23,581 bases of DNA from a bacterium (GTDB lineage Bacteria; Zhuqueibacterota; Zhuqueibacteria; Residuimicrobiales; Krinioviventaceae). Where the stretch lies: the NCBI GenBank assembly GCA_963674595.2, contig CAXXFV010000033.1:1-23581 (forward strand), given 5' to 3'. The notes below the pieces were generated by a model that saw only the letters and a list, made by a program, of their open reading frames with translations, did no database searches and was not told the origin of the DNA. The translations under genes and the position numbers were made by a program. Shown piece by piece: positions 1-8,192 of this stretch (position 1 is its first letter; each line of letters begins with the position of its first letter).

Positions 1-193
1 TTTCAGGCAAAAACCCACAATGCGTTCAACTAATTACCGTAGTTGGAATAACTGATGACAGTGTAAAAATTGATGGAAACCATCCGTTAGCAGGTGAACA
101 ATTGACATTCCATGTAGAAATTACGCAGGTGCGTGAAGCAACACCCGAAGAACTGGAACATGGCCACGTTCATACGGTGGTCATCATCACTAA
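1..193 (+). CDS. slyD: FKBP-type peptidyl-prolyl isomerase SlyD, 3' part (runs off window start; apparent frameshift errors)
   Basis: Manual translation gives QLITVVGITDDSVKIDGNHPLAGEQLTFHVEITQVREATPEELEHGHVH, then GGHHH* after a frame change. DGNHPLAG, REATPEELEHGHVH and the His-rich tail are SlyD hallmarks. Confidence 0.92.
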
Positions 194-303
194 ACGAAGT
201 ATGAACCTAAAACGAATATAACTAAATTCTCATTTTGACAAATTAACCGGTTTCATACAAAACCTAAAAACGGTTCATCCAATAATTTAATGGAGGATCA
301 GAT

Positions 304-509
304 ATGAAAGCAAATGGTCGGATTAGCAGATCGTAATGTTCGTATAATTGTTGGAGTTTTGCTGGTTGGAAGTAATTTATTCAACTATTATGTTCTCGGC
401 AATCCGTATTGTCCCTGGGCAAACCTGGGTTGCGATTCCACTTTTAACCGGACTTTTTCGTTGGTGCCCCATTTATACTTTATTAGGAAAATCAACAGTT
501 AAACAATAA
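304..509 (+). CDS. DUF2892 (YgaP-like) small membrane protein, two apparent indel errors
   Basis: GGAGGA at 292-297 and ATG at 304. Joining frames gives MKANVGLADRNVRIIVG...IPLLTGLFRWCPIYTLLGKSTVKQ*, matching the DUF2892 pattern N(V)GxxDRxxR ... TGxxxWCPxYxxLG. Confidence 0.85.
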
Positions 510-520
510 TGAAATTAGTT

Positions 521-551
521 AAAGCAGGGTGTCTATTTCACACCTTGCTTT
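521..551 (+). terminator. Probable intrinsic terminator after the DUF2892 gene
   Basis: AAAGCAGGGTG ... CACCTTGCTTT inverted repeat (one G-U pair) just after the stop, followed by T-rich sequence. Confidence 0.65.
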
Positions 552-586
552 ATTCATCAATTTTCAAACTTTAGCTTGCAAATAGA

Positions 587-1261
587 GTGACAAAATAGAA
601 CAAAATTCAGATTTGCAATTGTCCTGTTATCGGCGAATTGCTGTTATTGGTGCGAAATTTGGGACACATAAAAAATGCAGAGTATTTTTTTTAAAGCGTT
701 GACTATGACCATAATTGTCGCATCAACGATGTTTATCGGGCCTCGATCAAAATATAAGACTCTGATTTTAATGGGATTATTATTTTCTTTTACAGGGGAT
801 ATTTTTCTTATGGTTAGAGGTAATTATTTCTATTTATGGTTTATTTTCCTCTCTAATCACTCATATCTTTTATTTGTGGGCTTTTCATCAAAATGTAAAA
901 TTCAATTTTTTAAATCCCATGATTGGTTTTATACCTGGGCTATGGTTTATTATTTATCATTTTGATATCTACAGATATAAGGGAAATATCTGCACCTGTA
1001 ACATTTTATAGTCTGGTTATTATATTAATGGGATGGTTTGCTTACCTTAGATTTGTAACACTACGAACAAAATCAGCTAAATATGCCCTTATCGGCAGTA
1101 TTTTGTTTTTAGTGGCAGATTACATTTCGTGGCCTATAATAAATTTCATTCAAAAAATTCCATTTTCACCAATTTTTATTCTTTTACCCTATTATATGGC
1201 ACAATTTTTCATTGCTTCGTCAGTAGACACACAATCGGATAGTAATATTTTAAAAGCTTAA
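587..1261 (+). CDS. YhhN-family (lysoplasmalogenase-like) membrane protein, split by apparent frameshift errors; start uncertain
   Basis: ORF pieces 675-965 and 923-1261 are hydrophobic and carry YhhN-like motifs: GLLFSFTGDIFLM, GSILFLVAD, PYYMAQFFIA. Confidence 0.75.
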
Positions 1262-1317
1262 AATTAATAAAATGCAGTAGGATTTTCAGTCTATAAATAG
1301 CAGAAAAAGTATCGTTA

Positions 1318-1357
1318 AAAAAAAACAGGGCCGTTTTAAATCAGCCCTGTTTTTTTT
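1318..1357. terminator. Bidirectional intrinsic terminator between convergent yhhN-like gene and glnS
   Basis: A-run + ACAGGGC ... GCCCTGT + T-run, lying between two convergent stop codons. Confidence 0.8.
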
Positions 1358-1366
1358 ATTATTTAT

Positions 1367-3081
1367 TCATTGCTCTTTGTCAATTTTTGCCCAGGTGTCC
1401 ACGCAGGTGTAACGGTACGATTAAAAAGTGATGGCATCTTGCGTAGAATCCTTGTCCAGACAAAAATAGCCCAACCGCTCAAACTGATAACGTTCATCAA
1501 TTTTTGCATCTGCCAAAGCGGGTTCCAGCAAACAATTGTCCAACGTTTTTAAAGAATCAGGATTTAAAAAATCCGTGAAATGCTGCCCTTCTTCTACTTT
1601 ATCCGGTTCGGGTTGAGCAAACAAGTGATCATATAACCTGACCGAATGCTTTAACAGCATGTTTTGCAGATAACCCAGTGAATCGTTCCCTTAACTTTAC
1701 GGCCGTCGGCAGAATATCCGCCCCGCGTTTCAGGATCATAGGTACAGTGCAGTTCCAATATTTCACCGGTTTTTTCATCTTTAATCACTTTTTCGCAGGT
1801 AATATAATAGGCATAAACGTAAACGGACTTCTCTTCCAGGCGCCAGTCGGAAATATTTCTTGGGCGCCTCTTCACGAAAATCATCCTGTTCGATATAGAT
1901 AACACGTGAAAAAGAAACTTTACGTTTACCCATTCCCTCGTCTTCAGGATTGTTGATGGCTTCCATCTCTTCAACCTGATCTTCAGGATAATTGGTAATG
2001 ACAACTTTAAGAGGATTTAGAACAGCCATTCGACGTTGTGCTTTTTTTATTCAAATCTTCCCGAAGACAATATTCCAGCAGGGCAATGTCAACAGTACTG
2101 TCCCTTTTTGCCACACCAATGCGGTCGGCAAAATCACGAATAGCTTCCGGTGTATAACCGCGTCTTCTTAATCCGGAAATAGTCGGCATACGCGGATCAT
2201 CCCAACCGTTGACATATTTTTCCTTAACAAGCTGTAAAAGTTTACGCTTACTCATAACCGTATATGTCAGATTAAGACGCGCAAATTCGATCTGCTGCGG
2301 ACGATAGGCACCAAGTTCAATTAAAAACCAGTCATATAAAGGTCGATGCACCTCAAATTCCAAGGTACAAATGGAATGGGTTATTCGTTCAATAGAATCT
2401 TCCAGTCCGTGAGCCCAGTCATACATCGGATAGATGCACCAGGCATCACCGGTCCGGTGATGATGTGCATGTAAAATGCGGTACATAACCGGATCGCGCA
2501 TGTTCAAATTTGAGGAAGTCATATCTATTTTGGCCCTCAAAAACCTTGGCACCGTTTTCAAATTCACCGGCACGCATACGTTGAAACAGATCAAGGTTTT
2601 TCTTCTACTGACCGGTTACCGGTATGGGCTTTCCTTTCCGGCTTCGGTCAAGGTACCACGGTATTCACGAATTTCATCAGCCGTCAAATCATCTACATAA
2701 GCTTTACCTGCTTCTAACGAGCTGAACGGCATATTCATTACATTTGTTCAAAATAATCGGATGCAAAATTAAAGCCTGTCTTCCCAGTCAACAACCGAGC
2801 CAGCGGACATCTTTTGTAATGGAATTAACAAACTCGTCTTCTTCTTTCACAGGATTGGTATCATCAAAACGCAGATTGAATTTCCCATTAAATTCTTCAG
2901 CCAGACTAAAATTCAGACAAATTGCCTTGGCGTGACCGATATGCAGGTATCCGTTTGGTTCCGGGGGAAATCTGGTATGCACACGGCCCTGGTATTTGCC
3001 TGTCTCCAGGTCTTTATGGATGATTTCCTTAATAAAATGAACCGGTTTTTCGGTTTCGTTGGGTGCATTTTTTTCAGCCAT
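1367..3081 (-). CDS. glnS: Glutamine--tRNA ligase (several apparent frameshift errors)
   Basis: Fragments contain [23 protein letters not shown] (HIGH motif), [30 protein letters not shown] (KMSKS-like), [36 protein letters not shown] and terminal [10 protein letters not shown]. All are GlnRS motifs in the correct order. Confidence 0.95.
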
Positions 3082-3119
3082 GTTCTATTCCATTCATTTT
3101 GATATAAAATTTTAAAAAC

Positions 3120-3150
3120 AAAAAAACGGTCATCAAATTAATGATGACCG
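3120..3150 (-). terminator. Intrinsic terminator downstream of tRNA-Gln, upstream of glnS
   Basis: Minus strand CGGTCATCA-TTAATT-TGATGACCG followed by a 7-T run. Confidence 0.8.
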
Positions 3151-3161
3151 CTCAACAGGTG

Positions 3162-3232
3162 CTGGGGTGCAGGGATTCGAACCCCGATACCATGATCCAG
3201 AGTCATGTGTCCTGCCGTTGGACGACACCCCA
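3162..3232 (-). tRNA. tRNA-Gln (anticodon CTG), CCA not encoded
   Basis: Reverse complement TGGGGTG...CATGA-CT-CTG-GA-TCATG...GGTTCGAATCC...CACCCCA-G. Full cloverleaf with the U1-A72 pair typical of bacterial tRNA-Gln. Confidence 0.97.
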
Positions 3233-3237
3233 AAAAT

Positions 3238-4756
3238 TTATTGTTTCAAGGACGGAATCTTTTCAACGCCTGTTTTTAACCGGCGAATAACTGTTTCCTT
3301 TCCTAATACATGCAACATCTCAAATAATCCTGGTCCTACACCAACACCACTAACCGCCAACCGAACCGGATGGATTATTCTTCCACCACCGGCTTCATTG
3401 CGTTCGGCAACGGTCCTTAATGCTGACTCTATATCACCAGAATCAAACGATGATAATTTAGAAATTTCCTGACAAAATTCAAGTAATAATTTTTCAGAAT
3501 CAGCTTTCCAACGTTTTTTTATGACCTGGGCATCAAATGTGTCCGGGTCCTGGAAAAAATATTCACAAACTTTTAACAGTTCATGGCTAAAATGGATCCT
3601 GTTCTTCATCAATTCAATAACGTTGAATAAATAGGAGTCATCTGTATATTCTATCGATTTTTCAGCCAACTGGCTTTTCAATATTTCAACTAATTTTTCA
3701 GATGAAAAACCTGCAATATGTTCCGAATTTATCCAGTTCAATTTTTTCAAATCAAAAAATAGCAGCCGATTTATTGACCCGCTCTAAAGTAAATTCGTTG
3801 CATAATTCTTCCAATGAAAAAACCTGCCGGTCATCACCTTCACCAGGATTCCATCCCAACAGGGCAATATAATTTACCAATGCTTCTTTTTCATATCCCT
3901 CTTTTACATAGGAAGCAACATCCGGGTCTACTTTACCGGTTGGTAATTCTGATAAAGATTGAATATCACGTTTGCTCATTTTCGTTCCATCCGGATTAAA
4001 AATAAGCGGCAGGTGTGCCATAACCGGAGCTTCCCATCCAAAAGATTCATACAACAACAAATGTTTGGGAACGCTGCTGAGCCATTCTTCACCACGAATT
4101 ACATGAGAAATTTTCATCAAATGGTCGTCAACAACATTTGCCAAATGATAGGTTGGAAAACCATCGGATTTAATCAGCACCTGATCATCAACCTGATCAC
4201 TGTTAAATTTTACATTTCCGCGAATTACATCGGTAAATTCAAACTGTTTATTTTCCGGCACCAACAGCCGAATGACAAAAGGTGTGCCTTTATCAAACTC
4301 TGCCTGAACTTCACCTTCCGTCATGTTTAGAGAATTTCGCATTCGGTCACGAATTTGAAAATTATAACGAAAGTGCGATTGACCGGATTTTTTCAACTCT
4401 TCACGGAACTGGTCCAGTTCTTCCGGTGTATCAAAAGCATAATAGGCCTGACCTTTTTCAATCAGCTCTTTTGCATATTTTATATAAAGCTCGGTACGCT
4501 CAGACTGGAAATAGGGACCATAATCACCGCCATAGCCCGGACCTTCATCCGGCACCAGTCCGGCCCATTCCAGCATTTTCATCAAATTTTCAGTGGCGCC
4601 TTCAACAAAACGGGTACGGTCCGTATCCTCTATACGTAATATAAAGGTGCCGTTATTTTTCTTTGCAAATAAATAATTATATAGGGCCGTACGCAGTCCG
4701 CCAATGTGAACAAAACCGGTCGGACTTGGCGCAAATCTTACTCTGATATCACTCAA
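3238..4756 (-). CDS. gltX: Glutamate--tRNA ligase (one apparent homopolymer frameshift near 3751-3759)
   Basis: IRVRFAPSPTGFVHIGGLRTALYNY, LRIEDTD, DGFPTYHLANVVDD, HVIRGEEWL, KMSKR. Joining frames gives the expected KSAAIF-DLKKLNWIN, followed by the anticodon-binding domain (PVRLAVSG...GPGLFEML). Likely TTG start at 4756 overlapping the upstream stop. Confidence 0.96.
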
Positions 4757-5129
4757 TGTCTTTATTTTCGTTAGATTCAAAAGTTGAAGTTGATTTTACA
4801 ATTTTATCGGGATTAGTAGATTCCAGGTTAATGACAAAGCCCCCAAGCCATTTCGAGAAAATATTATATAAAACAACAAAAAAAACAGCGATAAAAGTAT
4901 GAATAAAAGCAAATCCTATTGTACCAAACAGGACCAAAAGAAACGATAATGAACCTTCCACAGGAATAGCAGAAACATACTCCTGAGCCCCAAATGAGCT
5001 AATTAACGCTGTGAGAAATATCAAGATACCGAAACATATAAAACTGGATATAAACCCGATAAGAAGTGAAACAATAAATACGATTTTAATAACAGACCAA
5101 ATCTGAATATTTTTTATTTCATATTTCAT
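4749..5129 (-). CDS. DUF3566-like two-helix membrane protein
   Basis: N-terminal EIKNIQIWSVIKIVF, two hydrophobic segments and C-terminal LYNIFSKWLGG resemble DUF3566. It lies in an operon with the tRNAs and gltX. Confidence 0.7.
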   Translation of the reverse strand: MKYEIKNIQIWSVIKIVFIVSLLIGFISSFICFGILIFLTALISSFGAQEYVSAIPVEGSLSFLLVLFGTIGFAFIHTFIAVFFVVLYNIFSKWLGGFVINLESTNPDKIVKSTSTFESNENKDIE

Positions 5130-5149
5130 TGTTCTCTTGCCTAAAAAAA

Positions 5150-5241
<92 letters not shown>

Positions 5242-5264
5242 GTAAAGTACTAAAAAATTGTGAG

Positions 5265-5348
5265 CGGAGGGCGGGAGACTCGAACTCCCATGGGATTGCT
5301 CCCGGCGGTTTTCAAGACCGCTGCCTTACCAATTAGGACTAGCCCTCC
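5265..5348 (-). tRNA. tRNA-Ser (anticodon TGA), CCA not encoded
   Basis: Reverse complement GGAGGGC...GCGGT-CT-TGA-AA-ACCGC, variable arm GGGA-GCAA-TCCC, GGGAG-TTCGAGT-CTCCC, GCCCTCC-G. Confidence 0.95.
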
Positions 5349-5360
5349 ATAGGGAAAAGA

Positions 5361-5389
5361 AAGTTACAAAAATAAATGTTTTAAGTCAA
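5361..5389 (-). promoter_or_regulatory. Sigma70-type promoter of the tRNA-Ser/gltX operon
   Basis: Minus strand TTGACT-17 bp-TAACTT, ending 12 bp before the first tRNA, with an A/T-rich UP-like tract upstream. Confidence 0.7.
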
Positions 5390-5414
5390 TTTATTTTTTT
5401 ACTATCTTTTTTAC

Positions 5415-5444
5415 TTGATAAATTCTTTTTATTTATTGTATCTT
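5415..5444 (+). promoter_or_regulatory. Possible divergent sigma70-type promoter for the BNR protein gene
   Basis: TTGATA-18 bp-TATCTT upstream of the GAGGT RBS. The AT-rich context lowers specificity. Confidence 0.4.
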
Positions 5445-5478
5445 GTTTAACAAACAAATCAATAAAAAAGAGGTCAAG

Positions 5479-6657
5479 ATGAAAAATTCTTTTCTTTTTT
5501 CCATGTTGATGTTATGGGGCAGCCTGCTATACAGCAATGATTTATTGGAACAACAACTCATTTTCCCTTTGCAGCCAAAACATGTCCACAGCAGCAGTAT
5601 CGTCGAATGCCCAAACGGGGATTTTCTGGTGTGCTGGTTTCATGGCTCCGGAGAAAGAAAAGCAAATGATGTTCAGGTTCAGGGTGCACGTTTTTCACAA
5701 AAAACGCAAAAATGGAGCGATGTTTTTATTATGGCAGACACTCCTGACCTGCCTGACTGCAACCCGGTTTTGTTTATTGATGCAAACCAAAAACTGTGGT
5801 TGTTCTGGCTCGCGGTTCGCGCCAATCGATGGGAGCAGTCTATTTTAAAATACAAAACATCAACAGATTATCAATCTGAAGGAGCACCCAACTGGTCATG
5901 GCAGGACATTATTCTGTTAAAACCAGGAGACTCTTTTTCATCAGACCTTGAAAAATCGTTTCATGAACTTGGTATGGATGAAAGTATGTGGGCGGAATAT
6001 GCACCACCCTACTTTGAAATGATCGTCCAGGCGGCAAAAGACCCGGTGAAAAGGCAAACCGGCTGGATGACACGTATTCACCCGTTTGTTTTACCATCAG
6101 GACGAATAATTTTACCGCTTTATTCAGACGGATTTAATCTTTCAATCTGCGCGTTATCTGATGATAATGGAAAAACATGGCAGGCAAGTAAACCGATTGC
6201 CGGGGCCGGGCCTACTCAACCCAGTATTATTCGTAAAAATGATGGAACACTGCTGGCCTATATGCGCGATGAAGGAGACCCGCCGTATCGCGTACAATTG
6301 AGCCAATCAACGGATGACGGCATGACATGGACAACAGCCCATGATACGGAATTTGCAAATCCCAGTTCAAGTCTTGAAACTAAAAGATTGTCCGATGGAA
6401 AGTGGATTATGGTTTATAACGATCTGGAAGGTGAAGGCCGTTATCGCCTGGCGTTATCCGGTTCAGCGGATGAAGGTAATACATGGCCGTGGAAAAAATA
6501 TCTGGAAGATGACAAAAACGGCAGACAAAGTTTTGCCTATCCTTCCATGATTCAGGCCAAAGACGGTAAAATCCATATTACCTATTCATATTTTATAACT
6601 GATGATCAAAAAAGCATAAAACATGTGGTCCTGGATCCGTCCTGGCTTTTTAAATAA
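5479..6657 (+). CDS. Secreted BNR/Asp-box beta-propeller protein (exo-alpha-sialidase-like, BNR_2 family)
   Basis: GAGGT RBS before ATG 5479, signal-peptide-like N-terminus, Asp-boxes SDDNGKTW, STDDGMTW and SADEGNTW, C-terminal FAYPSMIQ..DGKIHITYS. Confidence 0.85.
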   Translation: MKNSFLFSMLMLWGSLLYSNDLLEQQLIFPLQPKHVHSSSIVECPNGDFLVCWFHGSGERKANDVQVQGARFSQKTQKWSDVFIMADTPDLPDCNPVLFIDANQKLWLFWLAVRANRWEQSILKYKTSTDYQSEGAPNWSWQDIILLKPGDSFSSDLEKSFHELGMDESMWAEYAPPYFEMIVQAAKDPVKRQTGWMTRIHPFVLPSGRIILPLYSDGFNLSICALSDDNGKTWQASKPIAGAGPTQPSIIRKNDGTLLAYMRDEGDPPYRVQLSQSTDDGMTWTTAHDTEFANPSSSLETKRLSDGKWIMVYNDLEGEGRYRLALSGSADEGNTWPWKKYLEDDKNGRQSFAYPSMIQAKDGKIHITYSYFITDDQKSIKHVVLDPSWLFK

Positions 6658-7312
6658 CAGGCTCCGGTACGATAATCTGCGACTCGATACTGCCGCCGCA
6701 TATTTCCAAAACTCTATTGTTAAATAGAGTTGCCTGGCTGGATAAAAGCTCCTGGTCGTAATAATCAGGAGCAAATATAATCAAATATACTTTATTTGTC
6801 CCCAAATCAACACTGGTCCGCACAGAATCCGTAATAGGCGAACCGAACGGCCCCTGTTCATCGGCAAGAACATATCTGCCATCAAGATGAACAGGCTGCC
6901 TGTTTATTCCTTCATAAAACTCGTCCTGCTTGCCCCGGCGAATTTCAATAGAACGGCCTGTTTTGTCCGCATCATAAACACAAATCGGCAATAAAAAATC
7001 GAGCGAACACCAATTCCCAATATCCACCAGTGTGTTGACGGTATAAAGCGGTTTATTTTTTACAGCCCTTCTCAGCAACGCTTCTGAAGAAGGCCGGCGT
7101 TTGGTTGGATCAACACCGATGGCACGAAAAAAATCCCGGGCAATCTGTACACCTTTAATTTGACCAATTTCTTTTCCTGAATTTTCAGCAAAATAGTTTT
7201 GAGTACAAGCCTGTAATTTTTCAAATGCGGTATCATCTTCCGTCACCACAACATTATTAATTGTGCTGACAGCAAGTTTTATTGGTAATTTTTCATCAAA
7301 TTTCAAATTCAT
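6650..7312 (-). CDS. Standalone B3/B4 domain protein (PheRS beta-subunit editing-domain-like)
   Basis: FFRAIGVDPTKRRPSSEALLRR, VNTLVDIGNWCSL, LPICVYDADK and LADEQGPFGSPITDSVRT are characteristic of the B3/4 family. ATG 7312 chosen as start. Confidence 0.88.
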   Translation of the reverse strand: MNLKFDEKLPIKLAVSTINNVVVTEDDTAFEKLQACTQNYFAENSGKEIGQIKGVQIARDFFRAIGVDPTKRRPSSEALLRRAVKNKPLYTVNTLVDIGNWCSLDFLLPICVYDADKTGRSIEIRRGKQDEFYEGINRQPVHLDGRYVLADEQGPFGSPITDSVRTSVDLGTNKVYLIIFAPDYYDQELLSSQATLFNNRVLEICGGSIESQIIVPEPVI

Positions 7313-7313
7313 A

Positions 7314-7403
7314 TTACATCCAGGGAATAGCCTGCTCAACCGCCTCCGGGTTGTAGGTAGAGTCTATAATAAAATCAACTCCCAGGAACATAGCGCTTTT
7401 CAT
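7314..7403 (-). CDS. Unannotated 29-aa small ORF (MKSAMFLGVDFIIDSTYNPEAVEQAIPWM)
   Basis: GAGGA Shine-Dalgarno 6 nt before ATG 7403, directly after the yciO-like stop. TAA ends 1 nt before the B3/4 ATG, so it fills the intergenic space. Confidence 0.5.
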   Translation of the reverse strand: MKSAMFLGVDFIIDSTYNPEAVEQAIPWM

Positions 7404-7415
7404 ATAATTCCTCAT

Positions 7416-8021
7416 TTAGAGTTGATCAAAGCCCTTTCCTTCGCGGAGAACGACCGGTTCATCAGTTGTCATATCTATAATTGTGGAAGGTTCCAGGCCG
7501 CCCATGCCGGTATCTAAAAAAACATCCACAAAATTTTTAAATGTATCATATAAATCATCAGGATCGTTCATCAAGTCCCCTTCAAAAGGACGGGCGCTGG
7601 TACTAATGATAGGTTTGCCGAATTCTTCCAGCAAAAGATGACACACCGGATTGTCTGGAACACGAATGCCGACTGTCTTTCTTTTTTCCAGTAAAATTTT
7701 TGGAACATCCCGTGTTGCTTCGAGAATAAACGTATAAGGACCGGGTAATAATTGCCTCATTATTTTATAGGCCGGATTGGAAACTCGTGCATATTTGGCA
7801 ATGTCTTTCAAGTCCGGACAAATAAAACTCAGCAGGGCTTTTTTGTCCTTGCCCTTGATTTGATAAATTCGTTCCATAGCTCTTTTATTGAACATATCAC
7901 AACCAAGGCCATAAACCGTATCCGTAGGATAAATGATCAGTCCACCGTCCAAAAGAGTTGTCACAGCTTTGCGAATGTGGCGCAGTTGAGGATTTTCAGG
8001 GTGTAAGTTTAATCGTATCAT
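7416..8021 (-). CDS. yciO: Sua5/YrdC/YciO-family protein (threonylcarbamoyl-AMP synthase-like, YciO type)
   Basis: MIRLNLHPENPQLR start (YciO-type HPENPQ), IIYPTDTVYGLGC, LPGPYTFIL, KRKTVGIRVPD, PIISTSA, PSTIID, LREGKG. Confidence 0.88.
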   Translation of the reverse strand: MIRLNLHPENPQLRHIRKAVTTLLDGGLIIYPTDTVYGLGCDMFNKRAMERIYQIKGKDKKALLSFICPDLKDIAKYARVSNPAYKIMRQLLPGPYTFILEATRDVPKILLEKRKTVGIRVPDNPVCHLLLEEFGKPIISTSARPFEGDLMNDPDDLYDTFKNFVDVFLDTGMGGLEPSTIIDMTTDEPVVLREGKGFDQL

Positions 8022-8192
8022 AGCATTTTCCGAAATAACAATATTAAAAATACACAGAAATAAGCCATATTTGCAAGTTATTTTATTAAAAAGAGGAACA
8101 TTTGCCACATAAAATCTTAAAAGGAATAATGCAGCCTGGCTGTATGTTTTTACAAAATAAAAAAGGTCCATTTTAACATAATCGAGAAAAAA

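Noticed and set aside
1367-3081. glnS as a true pseudogene
   Set aside because: All catalytic motifs are intact and the neighbouring unrelated genes show the same indel pattern.
3167-3472. 101-aa plus-strand ORF (and similar short antisense ORFs inside gltX, aspA, crt genes and GH78)
   Set aside because: They overlap a tRNA or well-supported genes on the opposite strand or frame and have no family motifs.
3745-3765. Programmed frameshift in gltX at the T-run
   Set aside because: A single extra base in a homopolymer, next to a region full of similar indels. Sequencing error is far more parsimonious.
8022-8171. 50-aa N-terminal extension of the yciO-like ORF in the ORF track
   Set aside because: Family similarity starts at MIRLNLHPENPQ (8021). 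The extension is AT-rich divergent promoter sequence.
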